Shown here in pieces: positions 40,152 through 51,519 of a stretch of 64,000 nt of DNA. This stretch comes from Candidatus Heimdallarchaeota archaeon. Lineage in GTDB: Archaea; Asgardarchaeota; Heimdallarchaeia; Heimdallarchaeales; Heimdallarchaeaceae. Within the stretch, counting starts at the first letter, position 1. The number at the start of each line of letters is the position of its first letter. The position numbers were made by a program, and so were the translations under genes. Below the pieces are notes generated by a model. It had not been told where the DNA came from, did no database searches, and saw nothing but the letters and a program-made list of their open reading frames with translations. The stretch is taken from NCBI GenBank assembly GCA_019057815.1, contig JAHLWR010000012.1, positions 32,001 to 96,000 of the forward strand, given 5' to 3'.

Positions 40152-42020
40152 TTAAATTTTCCTTTTTACAGTTGTTGCTAATGCTGCTAGACTTAATATA
40201 CTGAGTGTGGCTATTAAGACGTTTGGAGCGTCAATACCAAGCGTTTTATCATCTGTTTTAGTTTCCGTACTTTCTCCATCTTCAGAGACGTTTAATTCTA
40301 GAATCAGCTTAGATGTGTGACCTGAATAATCATCAAGTTTGATTTCGAGTATGTATTTTCCTATAGCATTAATGTGGTTATCTACAATAAAATCCCAAAT
40401 CATTCCATCATAGTAACTTCCACTAGCTATTTCAATAGTATCAAGTAACACTTGGAAATTTCTTGGATCATCGTCTTTGAATTTGTAAGTAAGTATCTTT
40501 CCTGATTCAAATTCATAATCCATTATTCCATCCGGACCGTCAATTATTGGCTGCCCTGGTATAGGACCATCACCAACGTCTACTATTACAGTTTTATTGA
40601 GATAGATACCGGATGTGTCCCAGAATTCAAACTGATATTCGAATGTCCCTGGATATTCAGGAGGGTGATGTAACCAGAATGAACTATTACCATAACCTTC
40701 AAACCAATCCCAATGATCATATTGATTGCTGTAACCATCAAACCAAACACGGTAGATTTGTACTGCCCACTGTGTATCTGAAAAGACCATGTATTCTTGA
40801 TCTAAATGCTTCCATTCTTCAACTTTAAGATAATCAGGTCCTTCATACCATGTAGGCCAATCAGGGATAACTAACCTATTATCGATAATATCAACACACC
40901 ACGTTGAGTTATGATTTGGTTCAGCATCTTCGTAAACAACTAGTTCTATATGATATCGGAAGTAAGTCATATAATACTCAAATTCAGATATTGGAATGTC
41001 AATCATATAGTGACCATTAGAATAATAAAACACTCCTAGAAACTCCTGGTTTAGGTAATATTCCACTGTGATATCGTTTGACCAGTCATAAGTGTCAAAC
41101 TCGAGTGTTATTAAACTTGTAGTATCATCTATTGTGAAGTAGTTATTCCATAGTAGAAGTTGAGGAATATCAGCATCAATTACAGGATAGTAGACATTTG
41201 TGCACTCGTAAAGATTCCATTCTCTTTCTTCGCACCAGAATCGTGATTCTTCACGCTCAATATATTGTGCAAGCTCCGTACTATATTCATAGAAGTTACC
41301 AGTTTCTGTCCTATCTTCTTTTTCGAGATATTTGATCATCATCCCCGTGTTAGGATCGATATAGTATTCGTAATACTTTTCTTCAACAGAAGTCATAGTA
41401 TATTCGATATCAAAACACCAGTTAGTCCATGTATTTGTCCAAGTAGTATAGTAAGAATAATGATCCACATAGAGTTCTTGTTCAATTCCATTGAGTGTGA
41501 AATTTTCCCAGTGAGAACTACTGTAGCTAACCATATTGAAATTGTTAGGTGCATCAAAATTCAAAGTACCGTTGAATACATCGAGATATTCTTCTTCATA
41601 CCAACTCCAATTAATATTCATGTATTGCATATCTTCATATTTTCCGTCTTCAACCCATGTGTCAGCCATATAATCATAGGAGTACCATTCATCACTCCAA
41701 TATCTGTAATCCTCATAATAGGTAGCTGTATGTTCTGCAAAAACATAATACTCATCACCACTCTGAATATTATAACTACACATTACAATATCATGCGCAC
41801 TACTTGATCGAACGTTCTTGTGATCGTGTACTTTTTCAGTTGGAGTATTAGGTAATTCGCTGAAATTTTCTGCTTCATACCAATTGAAATCTATTTTATA
41901 CAATATCATATCGTTAGTACCTATGATTTCATAAGCATCTACTGTTGTTTGTAACAGTAAACTGCTTCCCAGAACTGTTGTTAATAATAATATAATAACT
42001 ACAAACGAATTTTTTTTCAA
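40152..42020 (-). CDS. Secreted Tyr/Trp/acidic-rich surface protein with C-terminal anchor
   Basis: Signal peptide, beta-rich Ig-like C-terminal modules, TM helix and KRK. Confidence 0.7.
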   Translation of the reverse strand: MKKNSFVVIILLLTTVLGSSLLLQTTVDAYEIIGTNDMILYKIDFNWYEAENFSELPNTPTEKVHDHKNVRSSSAHDIVMCSYNIQSGDEYYVFAEHTATYYEDYRYWSDEWYSYDYMADTWVEDGKYEDMQYMNINWSWYEEEYLDVFNGTLNFDAPNNFNMVSYSSSHWENFTLNGIEQELYVDHYSYYTTWTNTWTNWCFDIEYTMTSVEEKYYEYYIDPNTGMMIKYLEKEDRTETGNFYEYSTELAQYIEREESRFWCEEREWNLYECTNVYYPVIDADIPQLLLWNNYFTIDDTTSLITLEFDTYDWSNDITVEYYLNQEFLGVFYYSNGHYMIDIPISEFEYYMTYFRYHIELVVYEDAEPNHNSTWCVDIIDNRLVIPDWPTWYEGPDYLKVEEWKHLDQEYMVFSDTQWAVQIYRVWFDGYSNQYDHWDWFEGYGNSSFWLHHPPEYPGTFEYQFEFWDTSGIYLNKTVIVDVGDGPIPGQPIIDGPDGIMDYEFESGKILTYKFKDDDPRNFQVLLDTIEIASGSYYDGMIWDFIVDNHINAIGKYILEIKLDDYSGHTSKLILELNVSEDGESTETKTDDKTLGIDAPNVLIATLSILSLAALATTVKRKI

Positions 42021-42205
42021 TAAGAACCACCAAATAGAACTAGTGTCTTCTATGTATTTAAGAATTGTTGAAGAGGTATCAATCAGATTAAAGTGTCTTT
42101 TAAGCTAGTATATTCGAGATTCTACAGATACTTATTTTATTTCATATGTGTAATTTTTTAGAGAGGTTAAGTTTTTAATAAAGCTGACAACATCTTATAT
42201 TTACA

Positions 42206-43069
42206 ATGAAAGTTAAGTTAGTAACTGATTCGACAAGTTGTCTTACAAAGGAATTCTTAGAAAAAGAAAATATCTCCTATCTAGAATCTGTTCTTATGAT
42301 AGATGAAGTAGGTCATAAAGAACTTACTGAAATAGACAGAAATAATTTCTTACCTTCTCTGAAACATTTGGATCCCTATCCAACAACAAGTCTTGCTAGC
42401 CCTCAGGATGCATTAGATATCTTTGAACAAGCAAAGGAAGAAGGATATGAAGATATTTTGTATATTGGGATATCGCCCAATATATCCAATCAATTCAATT
42501 CTGCTAAAATAGCAGCTAAGAAAATGAAGGATAAAGCAAATATTCACTTGTATCAATCAGGTTTAATGGGTTCATCTCAGGGAATGATGGTTTATTCAGC
42601 TTGGAAATTACAGCAAAAAGGAAAATCTATTGAAGAGATTGTAAAATATCTAGATTCAATAAAAGAAAATGTTTACACAATTGGTATTTCTCCTGGTTTT
42701 GATAGTTTATTCAAAACAGGAAAGATAAAAAAAGGCGTAGGCATAACAGTTATTGCATCTGTATTACAGTTAAAACCCATCTTTGAGATAAACTTAGATC
42801 AAGGAGTCGTTGGAATTGGTGGAGGTGTTGGAAATAGGGGCGCTCTTAAGAAACTGATAAAGAACATAGAGGAAAAGACAGACGCTAATATTACTTATGA
42901 TCTTTTACTTTCTAATGCTTTTGCTCCTGACATGCAAAAGAAAGCAAAGAAAGAAATTCAAAGAGTGCGTGATATCAAAAACATCATCTATGGTGAAATT
43001 CCTCCTGTGATTGCATGGGCAATTGGGAATAATAGTATAAAAGTGGCTTTAGCCCCTACTATAGATTAA
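42206..43069 (+). CDS. DegV family fatty-acid-binding protein
   Basis: Motifs LVTDSTS, PTTS and LKPI. Confidence 0.88.
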   Translation: MKVKLVTDSTSCLTKEFLEKENISYLESVLMIDEVGHKELTEIDRNNFLPSLKHLDPYPTTSLASPQDALDIFEQAKEEGYEDILYIGISPNISNQFNSAKIAAKKMKDKANIHLYQSGLMGSSQGMMVYSAWKLQQKGKSIEEIVKYLDSIKENVYTIGISPGFDSLFKTGKIKKGVGITVIASVLQLKPIFEINLDQGVVGIGGGVGNRGALKKLIKNIEEKTDANITYDLLLSNAFAPDMQKKAKKEIQRVRDIKNIIYGEIPPVIAWAIGNNSIKVALAPTID

Positions 43070-43144
43070 GATAGAATACTTACAGAATAATATTATTCCT
43101 TCTAACTTTTTTTAAATATCTAACTTCTTTTCTTTTTATATTAA

Positions 43145-45631
43145 CTAAGTCACTCCTGTCTGTCTTAATTCATCAGCTAAATTCATTTTCTTGATTTTTC
43201 TCATTATCATATACGTTGCTAACCAGAGTGAGAAGAACGATACTAAAAGAACAATAGGCCATGCATATCCAGGAATTGTTGTAGGCATGTAGAAGGTATC
43301 GCCTATAATATAATCCATTGACCAAACATATGTCAAGTATCCAAATGGTATGGTTAAAATTAGACTTATTGTGCTTAGAATCGCATTTTCCCAGAATATC
43401 ATGTTTCGCAAATACTTCGTTTTAGTACCCATTGCTTTAAATGACAGAAAATCCTGATGTCTATCTACAAAAGCCATGTACATCGATTGAAAACTAAACA
43501 TTACGCCAATTAGAATACCTATTCCCAAGAATAGAACCATAATTCCTAACAATGCTTGAATCATACTGAATACAGACTCTCTAACTATTTCTAATTCTGT
43601 CCACATCGCTACATTAAATCTATCTTCAAATTCTGCTCGAATTGCCTGTAAATCTGCTTCATCATTTACTGTAAAAATTGCTCCATTAACCCAATTATCT
43701 GGAATTCCAAAGAGATTATTTACATTACTCTCTTGAAATGATTCATAAGTCCATAATACCGCATAATCCATCAACTCTCCTACTAATCCTGTTACAGATA
43801 CGGAATAATTACCAAGAATTCCAATTTCAATCTCATCACCTATTTTTATGTCATACTTCCCCGCAATGGTGTTACCAAGTAATACTGATTCCTTATCTAA
43901 ATCAGAATTTTGTTCGAATTCTCCTTTGATTACATTGAAATTTCTTAGAGTAGAGTTTTGTTGATAACATGCTAATTCTGTCCAACTCAGTAATTCATTA
44001 TTATGAATGATTTTTGTATATATACTAACAAATACTTCATAGTGACTAACATCTTTTAAAACTTCAGGATTACTTTCTTCCATAAAATTTTTGATATTAG
44101 TAATTGAAACAGGGGTTTCAAAGACTACTTTTATATCATATGTATTATATACAGTAAAATTATTCCCCATCACAGCAAAGACGTTATTAACCATAGCTAA
44201 TGAGTTGACAAGGAAAATCATTGAAGTAATCAAAGCAACGATGGTTATCAAACTCTTTCTCTTCTTAAGAAATACTTCTCTTAATGGAACAACCATATGA
44301 ATGGATTTGAATAAAGGAATCCATCCAAGCATTCTTTCAGCTACTGATTTGCCTGTTGTTTTAATCCTAGTAAACACTACACTCATAGCTTCCTTTGGTG
44401 TTGCAGACGAAATTGATAGAGCACTAAAAATGGAACCAAGAAAACATATTGTTATAGTTATAACTCCTCCATAAACAAATTCTAAGACAGGAATTGTCAG
44501 AGCTATCTGGTGAAATCCATACATACTTGTCGTTAATTTAGCCATACCGATTGCTAATCCATAAGCTAAAGGAATACCTATTATTATACCGAATGAGCTT
44601 AAGATAAGAGTTATACTTGAATAATGTAAAAGAATTTTACCTTTTTTAGATCCCAGTGAAAGAAATAAACCAATATTCTGTCGTTGAGCATTAATCATCT
44701 TGCTTAAAGTATTGAAAATGATAACAACAGAGATAATCAGACCGATAATACCAAAAATTGTTCCCATTTTGTCAACAGCACCTACATCACTTTCAAACAT
44801 CTTATACTCTGCTGTCTCATCAAAAGGCACAAACTTCAAGGCATTTGGAGAGATGCCATTCGAGGTTAAGTAGGAAGAAATCCCATCTGCTGCAATTAGA
44901 ATCATATCCCTATTAAACCGTTCATCAACTGTAAATAACAATTGATTGACCAAATTTTGTCCTTCAAACAGAAAATTCTGTGCTGTTTGAAGATTAATCC
45001 AGATAATTGCCATATTACCAAAAAGGGGTAAATTCGTTACTTCATCAACTATATATGAGTAGTAAGAATCCTGTGCAATTCCCTTAATTGTGAAATTGGT
45101 TGTTTCTGCTGGAAATGTTATTGAAATCTCATCGTTCAAGCTCACATTTTGTCCAAGAAATTTAATTGCCCTACCAGCAAAATGAGTTTCAACTAAACAA
45201 CTTGTATTTGAATCTAAAATGGTTGATTCATCACCAATTTCTGATGATTTTTCTTCGATAACTAGTTGATTTAGCTGATTTGGAAAATTAACACCGATAA
45301 CTACTGCAGGGAACTTTTCTCCTTTAAACTGTATCTCAGTCATGAAGTGAATTCTGCTTTCAATACGATCTATGGAAAATTCATCAAGAAAACTCGAATT
45401 AGTTTTAATTGTAGAAACATTAGTGTTTTCTAATGGTTCAGAAAAAGAAAATATTCCATCAGCAACATTATAATATTCTTGATTGAGCTCATAAGTATTA
45501 AATAAGACAGGCTGACCTGCTCTCAAACCTGATAACAGAGTAATAGAAATTGCTATAACTAAAACTATTGAAATTGAACGAAGCTTGTTCCTCCAAATTT
45601 CCCGAAAGAGCTTCTTAGTCATAATTTTCAT
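43145..45631 (-). CDS. FtsX/MacB-like ABC permease
   Basis: Duplicated FtsX domains (QRQNIGLFLSLG and FKAMG). Confidence 0.85.
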   Translation of the reverse strand: MKIMTKKLFREIWRNKLRSISIVLVIAISITLLSGLRAGQPVLFNTYELNQEYYNVADGIFSFSEPLENTNVSTIKTNSSFLDEFSIDRIESRIHFMTEIQFKGEKFPAVVIGVNFPNQLNQLVIEEKSSEIGDESTILDSNTSCLVETHFAGRAIKFLGQNVSLNDEISITFPAETTNFTIKGIAQDSYYSYIVDEVTNLPLFGNMAIIWINLQTAQNFLFEGQNLVNQLLFTVDERFNRDMILIAADGISSYLTSNGISPNALKFVPFDETAEYKMFESDVGAVDKMGTIFGIIGLIISVVIIFNTLSKMINAQRQNIGLFLSLGSKKGKILLHYSSITLILSSFGIIIGIPLAYGLAIGMAKLTTSMYGFHQIALTIPVLEFVYGGVITITICFLGSIFSALSISSATPKEAMSVVFTRIKTTGKSVAERMLGWIPLFKSIHMVVPLREVFLKKRKSLITIVALITSMIFLVNSLAMVNNVFAVMGNNFTVYNTYDIKVVFETPVSITNIKNFMEESNPEVLKDVSHYEVFVSIYTKIIHNNELLSWTELACYQQNSTLRNFNVIKGEFEQNSDLDKESVLLGNTIAGKYDIKIGDEIEIGILGNYSVSVTGLVGELMDYAVLWTYESFQESNVNNLFGIPDNWVNGAIFTVNDEADLQAIRAEFEDRFNVAMWTELEIVRESVFSMIQALLGIMVLFLGIGILIGVMFSFQSMYMAFVDRHQDFLSFKAMGTKTKYLRNMIFWENAILSTISLILTIPFGYLTYVWSMDYIIGDTFYMPTTIPGYAWPIVLLVSFFSLWLATYMIMRKIKKMNLADELRQTGVT

Positions 45632-45634
45632 AGG

Positions 45635-46366
45635 TTACTCATCTCTTATTTTCTTAGTTTGAGTAGGATATGGATGGTTGTCGATTTTTTCTATTTTACC
45701 CATTTTAAGATGATACACTCGTTCAGCATATTGAGTTATACTCAAATCGTGAGATACAACTATTAGAGTGGTTCCCTCTTCTAAGTTAAGATTTCTTAAT
45801 AATTCAGCTATTTTTTGCCCAGTAACATAATCTAGATTGCCTGTTGGTTCATCTGCTACGATTACTAAGGGTTTCTTAACCACTGCTCTAGCTATTGCAA
45901 CTCTTTGCTGTTCTCCTCCTGAGAGCTGACTGGGAAATCTGTATTCCTTGTCTTCTAAACCTACTTTTTTTAGCATTTCAAACGACCTTCGTTTGATCTC
46001 TTCGTTATCTTTAATACCTTGAAATTCTAAAGCTAAACCAACATTTTCCCAAGCTCTAAGACTAGCTACAATATTGAAAAATTGAAAAACCCATCCTACG
46101 CTTGTTCTTCTATAAGTGTTCATTTCATCACTATCATATTTAGAAATTGTCTTTCCTGCAACTTCCACTTCACCTTTTGTTGGATAATCTATACCACCAA
46201 TCATATTAAGCAAAGTGGTTTTACCTGCACCTGAAGGACCAAGAACACAAGCAAATTCGCCTTTTTTTATTTCTATATCTACACCATTTAAGGCAAAGAC
46301 CTCTGTCTCGCCGAATTCAAAAGAGCGTACAAGGTTTGTAGTTTTAACCATTATATCATTGACCAT
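45635..46366 (-). CDS. LolD/MacB-like ABC ATPase
   Basis: Motifs [22 protein letters not shown] and DEPTGNLD. Confidence 0.92.
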   Translation of the reverse strand: MVNDIMVKTTNLVRSFEFGETEVFALNGVDIEIKKGEFACVLGPSGAGKTTLLNMIGGIDYPTKGEVEVAGKTISKYDSDEMNTYRRTSVGWVFQFFNIVASLRAWENVGLALEFQGIKDNEEIKRRSFEMLKKVGLEDKEYRFPSQLSGGEQQRVAIARAVVKKPLVIVADEPTGNLDYVTGQKIAELLRNLNLEEGTTLIVVSHDLSITQYAERVYHLKMGKIEKIDNHPYPTQTKKIRDE

Positions 46367-46418
46367 TAAATCACTACTAAGTAGATTGTATGAATAGCTA
46401 TAAATAAATCCTATTGCA

Positions 46419-46478
46419 GTCAACAGATAGTTATAGAAAGGTTTCTTTTTGTCGAAAGAAAAATGCGACTTAATTTGT
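46419..46478. repeat. Dispersed GTCAAC-hairpin repeat, copy 3
   Basis: GTCAACAGATAGTTATAG...TTTTGTCGAAAGAAAAATGCGACTTA. Confidence 0.8.
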
Positions 46479-46679
46479 TTTTCAGCGCAGGTTGTAAATA
46501 GAACCTGATAATCTTCTCTTTTTAATGATATTTCTAAGTCAAACATGAGGGCTTTTGATTTTATTTGAACGTTCTACATTTTTTGAATACTTTTATAAAC
46601 ATAGCCGATGATAATATTCCAACAAGCTACTGATTTATTACAGAAATTAGAGAAGTTTCAAAGAATGAAGTGTGGTACA

Positions 46680-47288
46680 ATGAGTGAAAAGAGTATTACT
46701 ATAAAGATGCTTGATTTGGTTAGCGATCCCATCAAGATAGAAATTTGGGATGAAATCCAGCGTGGAGTCAATTTAACAGCAAAAGAATTAAGTAAAAAAC
46801 TTAATCTAAAAAAGACAAATATTTACTATCATCTCAACCAATTAGAAGAGAGCAGATTAATTGTTTCTGAGAACCATATCCTTCCAGGAAAGAATCTTTT
46901 ACAAAAAACGTATAAAATCAATGAAGAAATTTACAGCCCGAAAGAATTTAAGGTTAGAAGGGAGTTATATGAAACCCAAGAGAGAATGAGAGAAGCTTTT
47001 CTCTTTCAGTATTACATAGTTGTGATGCATCTCAATAGGAAAATTTTACAAGTATCTGAAATGACCAATGAAGAAGTTAAGGAATTAATAAAACAGGATA
47101 AACATAGTTATGCTAAAGTTCATTATATTAGAGATAATGATGTAGCTCTTGTTAGAGAGACATTTGATGTGTTGGTTTCCGCAATTACTGAAAAGCATAG
47201 GGAAGATACATCTCCAACCGGAATCTGGGAAGAAATAACACATGCGATGATACTAGGATTATTACCAATGGAGGAGGGCGTGAAATGA
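46680..47288 (+). CDS. ArsR-like wHTH regulator
   Basis: DPIKIEI...TAKELSKKL...IYYHLNQLE. Confidence 0.8.
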   Translation: MSEKSITIKMLDLVSDPIKIEIWDEIQRGVNLTAKELSKKLNLKKTNIYYHLNQLEESRLIVSENHILPGKNLLQKTYKINEEIYSPKEFKVRRELYETQERMREAFLFQYYIVVMHLNRKILQVSEMTNEEVKELIKQDKHSYAKVHYIRDNDVALVRETFDVLVSAITEKHREDTSPTGIWEEITHAMILGLLPMEEGVK

Positions 47289-48007
47289 TAGAAGATACTG
47301 TTCTAACCAAAACTAAAAGATTTTTTAGAAAAAACGATTTAGTCTTTCGTGCTACTTTTATAGTTATTCTTATCGTTGCAGCAGTTTATAGTTTTTTTCA
47401 AAGGGATAGTTTACTTCGAATTATTACCATCTTAGCCATTTGTACAATGGTTGCTTCTTTTCTCTCTCACTATGTTATCAACTACCTCTATGGTGAAGGT
47501 TACAAACTTGCTAATGTTCTAAATGAGATCCTTTATCTGTTTCTTGGTATCCCAATCATGCTTATTGCTATAGGTTATCTTCCGATTAGTATCTACATTC
47601 TCTTTTCTGCTATTGAGGAAGCTAGTAGGATTGTTCCTATTTTAATAGCTATCATGGTCACTTTACAGATTTTTTCCTTTATCTACATTCTAAGACACAG
47701 AGGGAAGGAAGAAGGAAGAACTATTATTCAGCTGATCAAATATCTATTTGATTTTAAGACCAGAGCAGAAGAACAACGAACGCACAAAGAACAATCAGAG
47801 AAGATTGATGAATTTTATTCAGGAGTTAGTAAAGTGAAAAAGAGGGTTAAGACGATGATGGTGGAAAGTCTTGTTGATTTTGGGGAATATGATTGGAAGA
47901 GTAACCGAGGGATAAAACTAGAAAAACGTGTTTGCTGGAACTGTAAAACAGTTAATGAGGGAGATTCAATAATCTGTGAAAAGTGTGGATGTAAACTTGA
48001 AACTTGA
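47285..48007 (+). CDS. Membrane protein with C-terminal zinc ribbon
   Basis: Four TM helices, then CWNC...CEKCG. Confidence 0.65.
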   Translation: MIEDTVLTKTKRFFRKNDLVFRATFIVILIVAAVYSFFQRDSLLRIITILAICTMVASFLSHYVINYLYGEGYKLANVLNEILYLFLGIPIMLIAIGYLPISIYILFSAIEEASRIVPILIAIMVTLQIFSFIYILRHRGKEEGRTIIQLIKYLFDFKTRAEEQRTHKEQSEKIDEFYSGVSKVKKRVKTMMVESLVDFGEYDWKSNRGIKLEKRVCWNCKTVNEGDSIICEKCGCKLET

Positions 48008-48048
48008 TAAAACAAGTGATAAGGTGAAGAATAGGGAATGAGTTCACT

Positions 48049-50193
48049 CTATTCAACACTACGAATTGAATGTCCTTTGTAAATTACTTTATCAAACGCA
48101 AGTCTTCTCATTTGAGGTTGAGTGTTTATTTCTTCATAGTAGTGTGCAGCTAATCCTACTGTTCTGCCAAAAACAAAAATCGCTTTTGCTAGTTTTGGAT
48201 CTATATCCATATCTGCTGTAATCGCACCTATTACTCCATCTACGTTTATTGGTAGGTTCATACCTCTTACACGAAATAGAACATCACTAACCATTTTTGA
48301 AACTGTAACACAATCTTTTGCATAACCTGCTTCCTCTGCAAGTTGCCAAAGAATATCTTTTCTAGGATCTTGTGTATGTATACGATGACCTAATCCTTCA
48401 ATTCTCTTTCCTGCCTTGATTGCACTATTCATCATTTCAAAAGTAGACTCTTCTAGTGGGATATTTTTTTCTTTTGATTTGTTAACGACTGATAAGAAAA
48501 ATTCTGCAGCTTTTTGCCCAGCTCCACCATGAACATCAGTTATTGCTTGAATTCCTGCGGAAAGAGCTATTTCATAAGGTGCTCGAGTTGATGAGAGGAC
48601 TAGTGTTGCTTGAGCAGAAGGAGGTGTTATCCCATGATCCACACAAGCTGTAATCATTGCTTCTAGTAATCTAACTTTTAATGAACCTGGTTGTGCTTCC
48701 CCAACTAGCCCTAGATAAATCAAGTCAGCAAAAGATACATCAGTATCTTTCACACTGTTTAGCACTTCTAGATTATCTTGAATAATCGCTAGATACTTCA
48801 CCATCCTTCCTAGAGTATAAGCTACAACTTTAGATTCATCAGAAACTGAGCTCGCGTAATTAGATAACCGTTTATCAATTTGTAAAAATGTACCGAGCAT
48901 TTTTGATACATCAGGACTTTTTGGAACTCCATCATAATTAGGGAATTCTTCTCTTATAGCATTTTTAGCGATTTTTTCGAGCTCAATTATTTCTTCTTCT
49001 GTGTCTGCAAATTCTCCCCGTTGTAACAGATACAATGTTTCTAACAACCCTTTTTTAGCAATAATTTCTTGCAAGGGATATCCTCTTATCATTATGTTAT
49101 TAGGCATCACATTTGTAATTAGTGTCCCCCATGTTTTTTCTGGAGGTTTAGCATTCCATTTATCACTCATTTTCTTATAATAATCGTCAATTTTGAAATA
49201 TATACGATTTAACTTGGATTTCACAGTATCAATTAAATCTCTCTGATGGTTAACGACATCAACATCAGCTTTTTCTAAAGCTTCTTTCTTTGAAGAATAC
49301 GTTCCATAACTTTGACCTGGTGCTACTACAGCTCCAGCATGACCCATAGTTTTTCCTTCTGGTGCATTTGCACCTGAAATCAATGCAACTATGGGTTTAG
49401 GGTATTTTTCGGGGTGAGAAAGCATATCTTGGGCAAGTAATTCTTCTTGCATTCCACCTATCTCTCCAGCGATTACTACTAAATCGGTGTTTTCGTAATT
49501 CATCACTAGTGAAACAAGATCTACAAAACGTGAACCAATTGCTCCGTCCCCACCAACACCAAGAACACCATTTTGCGCAATCCCTGCACTTGCTAAAGCA
49601 TCAGATAAATGATATAGAATTGCACCGCTTCGTGAAAGTATGGTTACACCTTTAGGTCCAATCTTCCCCTCTTTTTGTTCAGCTTGAAAAATATCCGGAA
49701 GCATCCCCACTTTAATTCCTTCAGGTGGAAAGATAATCCCAGGAGTGTTCCCACCAAATAATATCGTTTTATATTTTCTAGCCACGACTAAGATGTCTCT
49801 TACGTCTTTTAACGGAATGAATTCAGATATCAAAACTACAATAGGTATTCCTGTTCGAATTACTTCGATTGTTGCATCTTTTGCAGTTGAATAATGTCTC
49901 CAAATACTAGCTATTGCAATATTAGGATGCTCTATTATCGCTTCTTTTGCAGAATTATAAACAGGAACAGTTTCGTGTACTGTCCTACCTCCCTTTCCTG
50001 GAGCTACTCCACAAGTGACATCAGTTCCATATTCCATCATAAGTTGCGCATGTCTTGTTCCTTGTCTCCCTAGACCAACAATCATAGTTTCAATTGTTTT
50101 TGATTCCGAGATCTTACTGGCAAGTTCTGGTCTAACCTTCTTGATTAGATAATGAAGTAATCCTTGTTCTGAACTTAATTTTTCAATTGCCAT
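48049..50193 (-). CDS. ATP-citrate lyase alpha-like: SucD-type domain fused to citryl-CoA lyase/citrate synthase domain
   Basis: Motifs SRSG and MGHAGA (phospho-His). Lyase-domain motifs DHGITPPS, HGGA, GLGHRIH and NVDG. Confidence 0.85.
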   Translation of the reverse strand: MAIEKLSSEQGLLHYLIKKVRPELASKISESKTIETMIVGLGRQGTRHAQLMMEYGTDVTCGVAPGKGGRTVHETVPVYNSAKEAIIEHPNIAIASIWRHYSTAKDATIEVIRTGIPIVVLISEFIPLKDVRDILVVARKYKTILFGGNTPGIIFPPEGIKVGMLPDIFQAEQKEGKIGPKGVTILSRSGAILYHLSDALASAGIAQNGVLGVGGDGAIGSRFVDLVSLVMNYENTDLVVIAGEIGGMQEELLAQDMLSHPEKYPKPIVALISGANAPEGKTMGHAGAVVAPGQSYGTYSSKKEALEKADVDVVNHQRDLIDTVKSKLNRIYFKIDDYYKKMSDKWNAKPPEKTWGTLITNVMPNNIMIRGYPLQEIIAKKGLLETLYLLQRGEFADTEEEIIELEKIAKNAIREEFPNYDGVPKSPDVSKMLGTFLQIDKRLSNYASSVSDESKVVAYTLGRMVKYLAIIQDNLEVLNSVKDTDVSFADLIYLGLVGEAQPGSLKVRLLEAMITACVDHGITPPSAQATLVLSSTRAPYEIALSAGIQAITDVHGGAGQKAAEFFLSVVNKSKEKNIPLEESTFEMMNSAIKAGKRIEGLGHRIHTQDPRKDILWQLAEEAGYAKDCVTVSKMVSDVLFRVRGMNLPINVDGVIGAITADMDIDPKLAKAIFVFGRTVGLAAHYYEEINTQPQMRRLAFDKVIYKGHSIRSVE

Positions 50194-51507
50194 TTAATTA
50201 CCTCCACCTTGTTTTAGCTCTTTTTTAACTTTGAAACCATACTCTATTCCATCTTTAATGACATCAGCCATAATTTTCTGATTTCCAATAATAATATGCA
50301 AATCTTTCAAAGGTTCAGGAGTCTCTCTTTTAGCTCTTTCAAAAAATGCTCGAGCTGCAGCAAGGTCTGTCCCAACCATACGTCCAAATACAGGTATCAT
50401 TCTTTTGTTTTTCATAAATCTGTCCCTTAATGACATAATTAATCCTTGAATAAAGATATCACAGCTAGATATACCACCAAATCGGCTAGTTATGATTAAA
50501 TCAGCAGCAGGGTGATCCATCAATATGTGAAACATATCTGCAACTTTACTAAGTGATGGTCCTCCACCGCTATCCATGAAATTTATAGGAATAACATTAC
50601 TATCGAAATAACGATTACCAATATTTACAACTTCATCAATTGAAAAAATCCCATAACCAGCACCACCTGGGACTAAACCTACATACAACTTGTCCTTTTC
50701 TTTAACGAAATTTACAGGTTCACTAAGCAAATCAAGGTAGGGAAAACCTATCTTATAGGCTAACGCTTCAAACTGTGTCTGTTCAGCCACATCGTGTCGT
50801 TTACTATTAGGGTCAATACTTATGGATTTTAACATTGGAGCTTGCCTATACAAACTGTTATCATCAAGTACTAGTTTTGCATCTGCTGCGATTATTTTGT
50901 TATCTTTAGTTAAAATTAATGGATTTATTTCACAAACTTTTGCTTCAACTTGTTGGAACAATGAAAAAAGTGAGCATATGGTTGTTTTTAATTGATTATC
51001 AAGTGCTATTAAATCTGGATTCTTTTTGATTAAAAAGTCAACTGCTTCTTGTGCTATCGAATCAGGTAGAACTTTGGAATTATCAAGAATTGAAGTTTTC
51101 CATATTTCTTCTGGTTTTGTTCGTGCAATTTCCTCGATATCAATACCACCGCTTGCAGAGGTAACTATAACTACATCAAAAGTTGCAGGATCTGTAGTAA
51201 CTGATAAATAAATCTCACTAGCGATATCTATTGCTTCTTCAAGTAGTAATTTATCGATTGGGTAGCCATGAATCGTCAAATCCAACATTTCACTAACAAT
51301 CTGCTTAGCTTCATCTGAATTATCAGCTTTTTTTATCCCCCCAGCTTTACCTCTTCCACCTATCAGTACCATTGCTTTAATCATTATTGGGAAGTTTAAG
51401 GTTAAAACCTCTAATTCCTCTGTAGTTTCGATTACTGCAATTTGTTTTGGTATGGTAAGTCCAAATTTTTCGAAAATTTGTTTTGCTTCATGTTCATATA
51501 ATTTCAT
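50194..51507 (-). CDS. ATP-grasp CoA-ligase beta subunit (SucC/AclB-like)
   Basis: Motifs MKLYEHEAK, GGRGKAGG, EINPL, DAKLVLDDN and NFMDSGGG. Confidence 0.88.
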   Translation of the reverse strand: MKLYEHEAKQIFEKFGLTIPKQIAVIETTEELEVLTLNFPIMIKAMVLIGGRGKAGGIKKADNSDEAKQIVSEMLDLTIHGYPIDKLLLEEAIDIASEIYLSVTTDPATFDVVIVTSASGGIDIEEIARTKPEEIWKTSILDNSKVLPDSIAQEAVDFLIKKNPDLIALDNQLKTTICSLFSLFQQVEAKVCEINPLILTKDNKIIAADAKLVLDDNSLYRQAPMLKSISIDPNSKRHDVAEQTQFEALAYKIGFPYLDLLSEPVNFVKEKDKLYVGLVPGGAGYGIFSIDEVVNIGNRYFDSNVIPINFMDSGGGPSLSKVADMFHILMDHPAADLIITSRFGGISSCDIFIQGLIMSLRDRFMKNKRMIPVFGRMVGTDLAAARAFFERAKRETPEPLKDLHIIIGNQKIMADVIKDGIEYGFKVKKELKQGGGN

Positions 51508-51519
51508 TCTCTTTCCCTT

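Noticed and set aside
41265-41807. 180-aa + strand ORF and the many other short antisense ORFs
   Set aside because: They are shadows of well-supported genes on the opposite strand and carry no motifs.
46367-46546. N-terminal extension of the ABC ATPase in the ORF track
   Set aside because: It runs through the promoter and the GTCAAC repeat. Family similarity begins near 46366.
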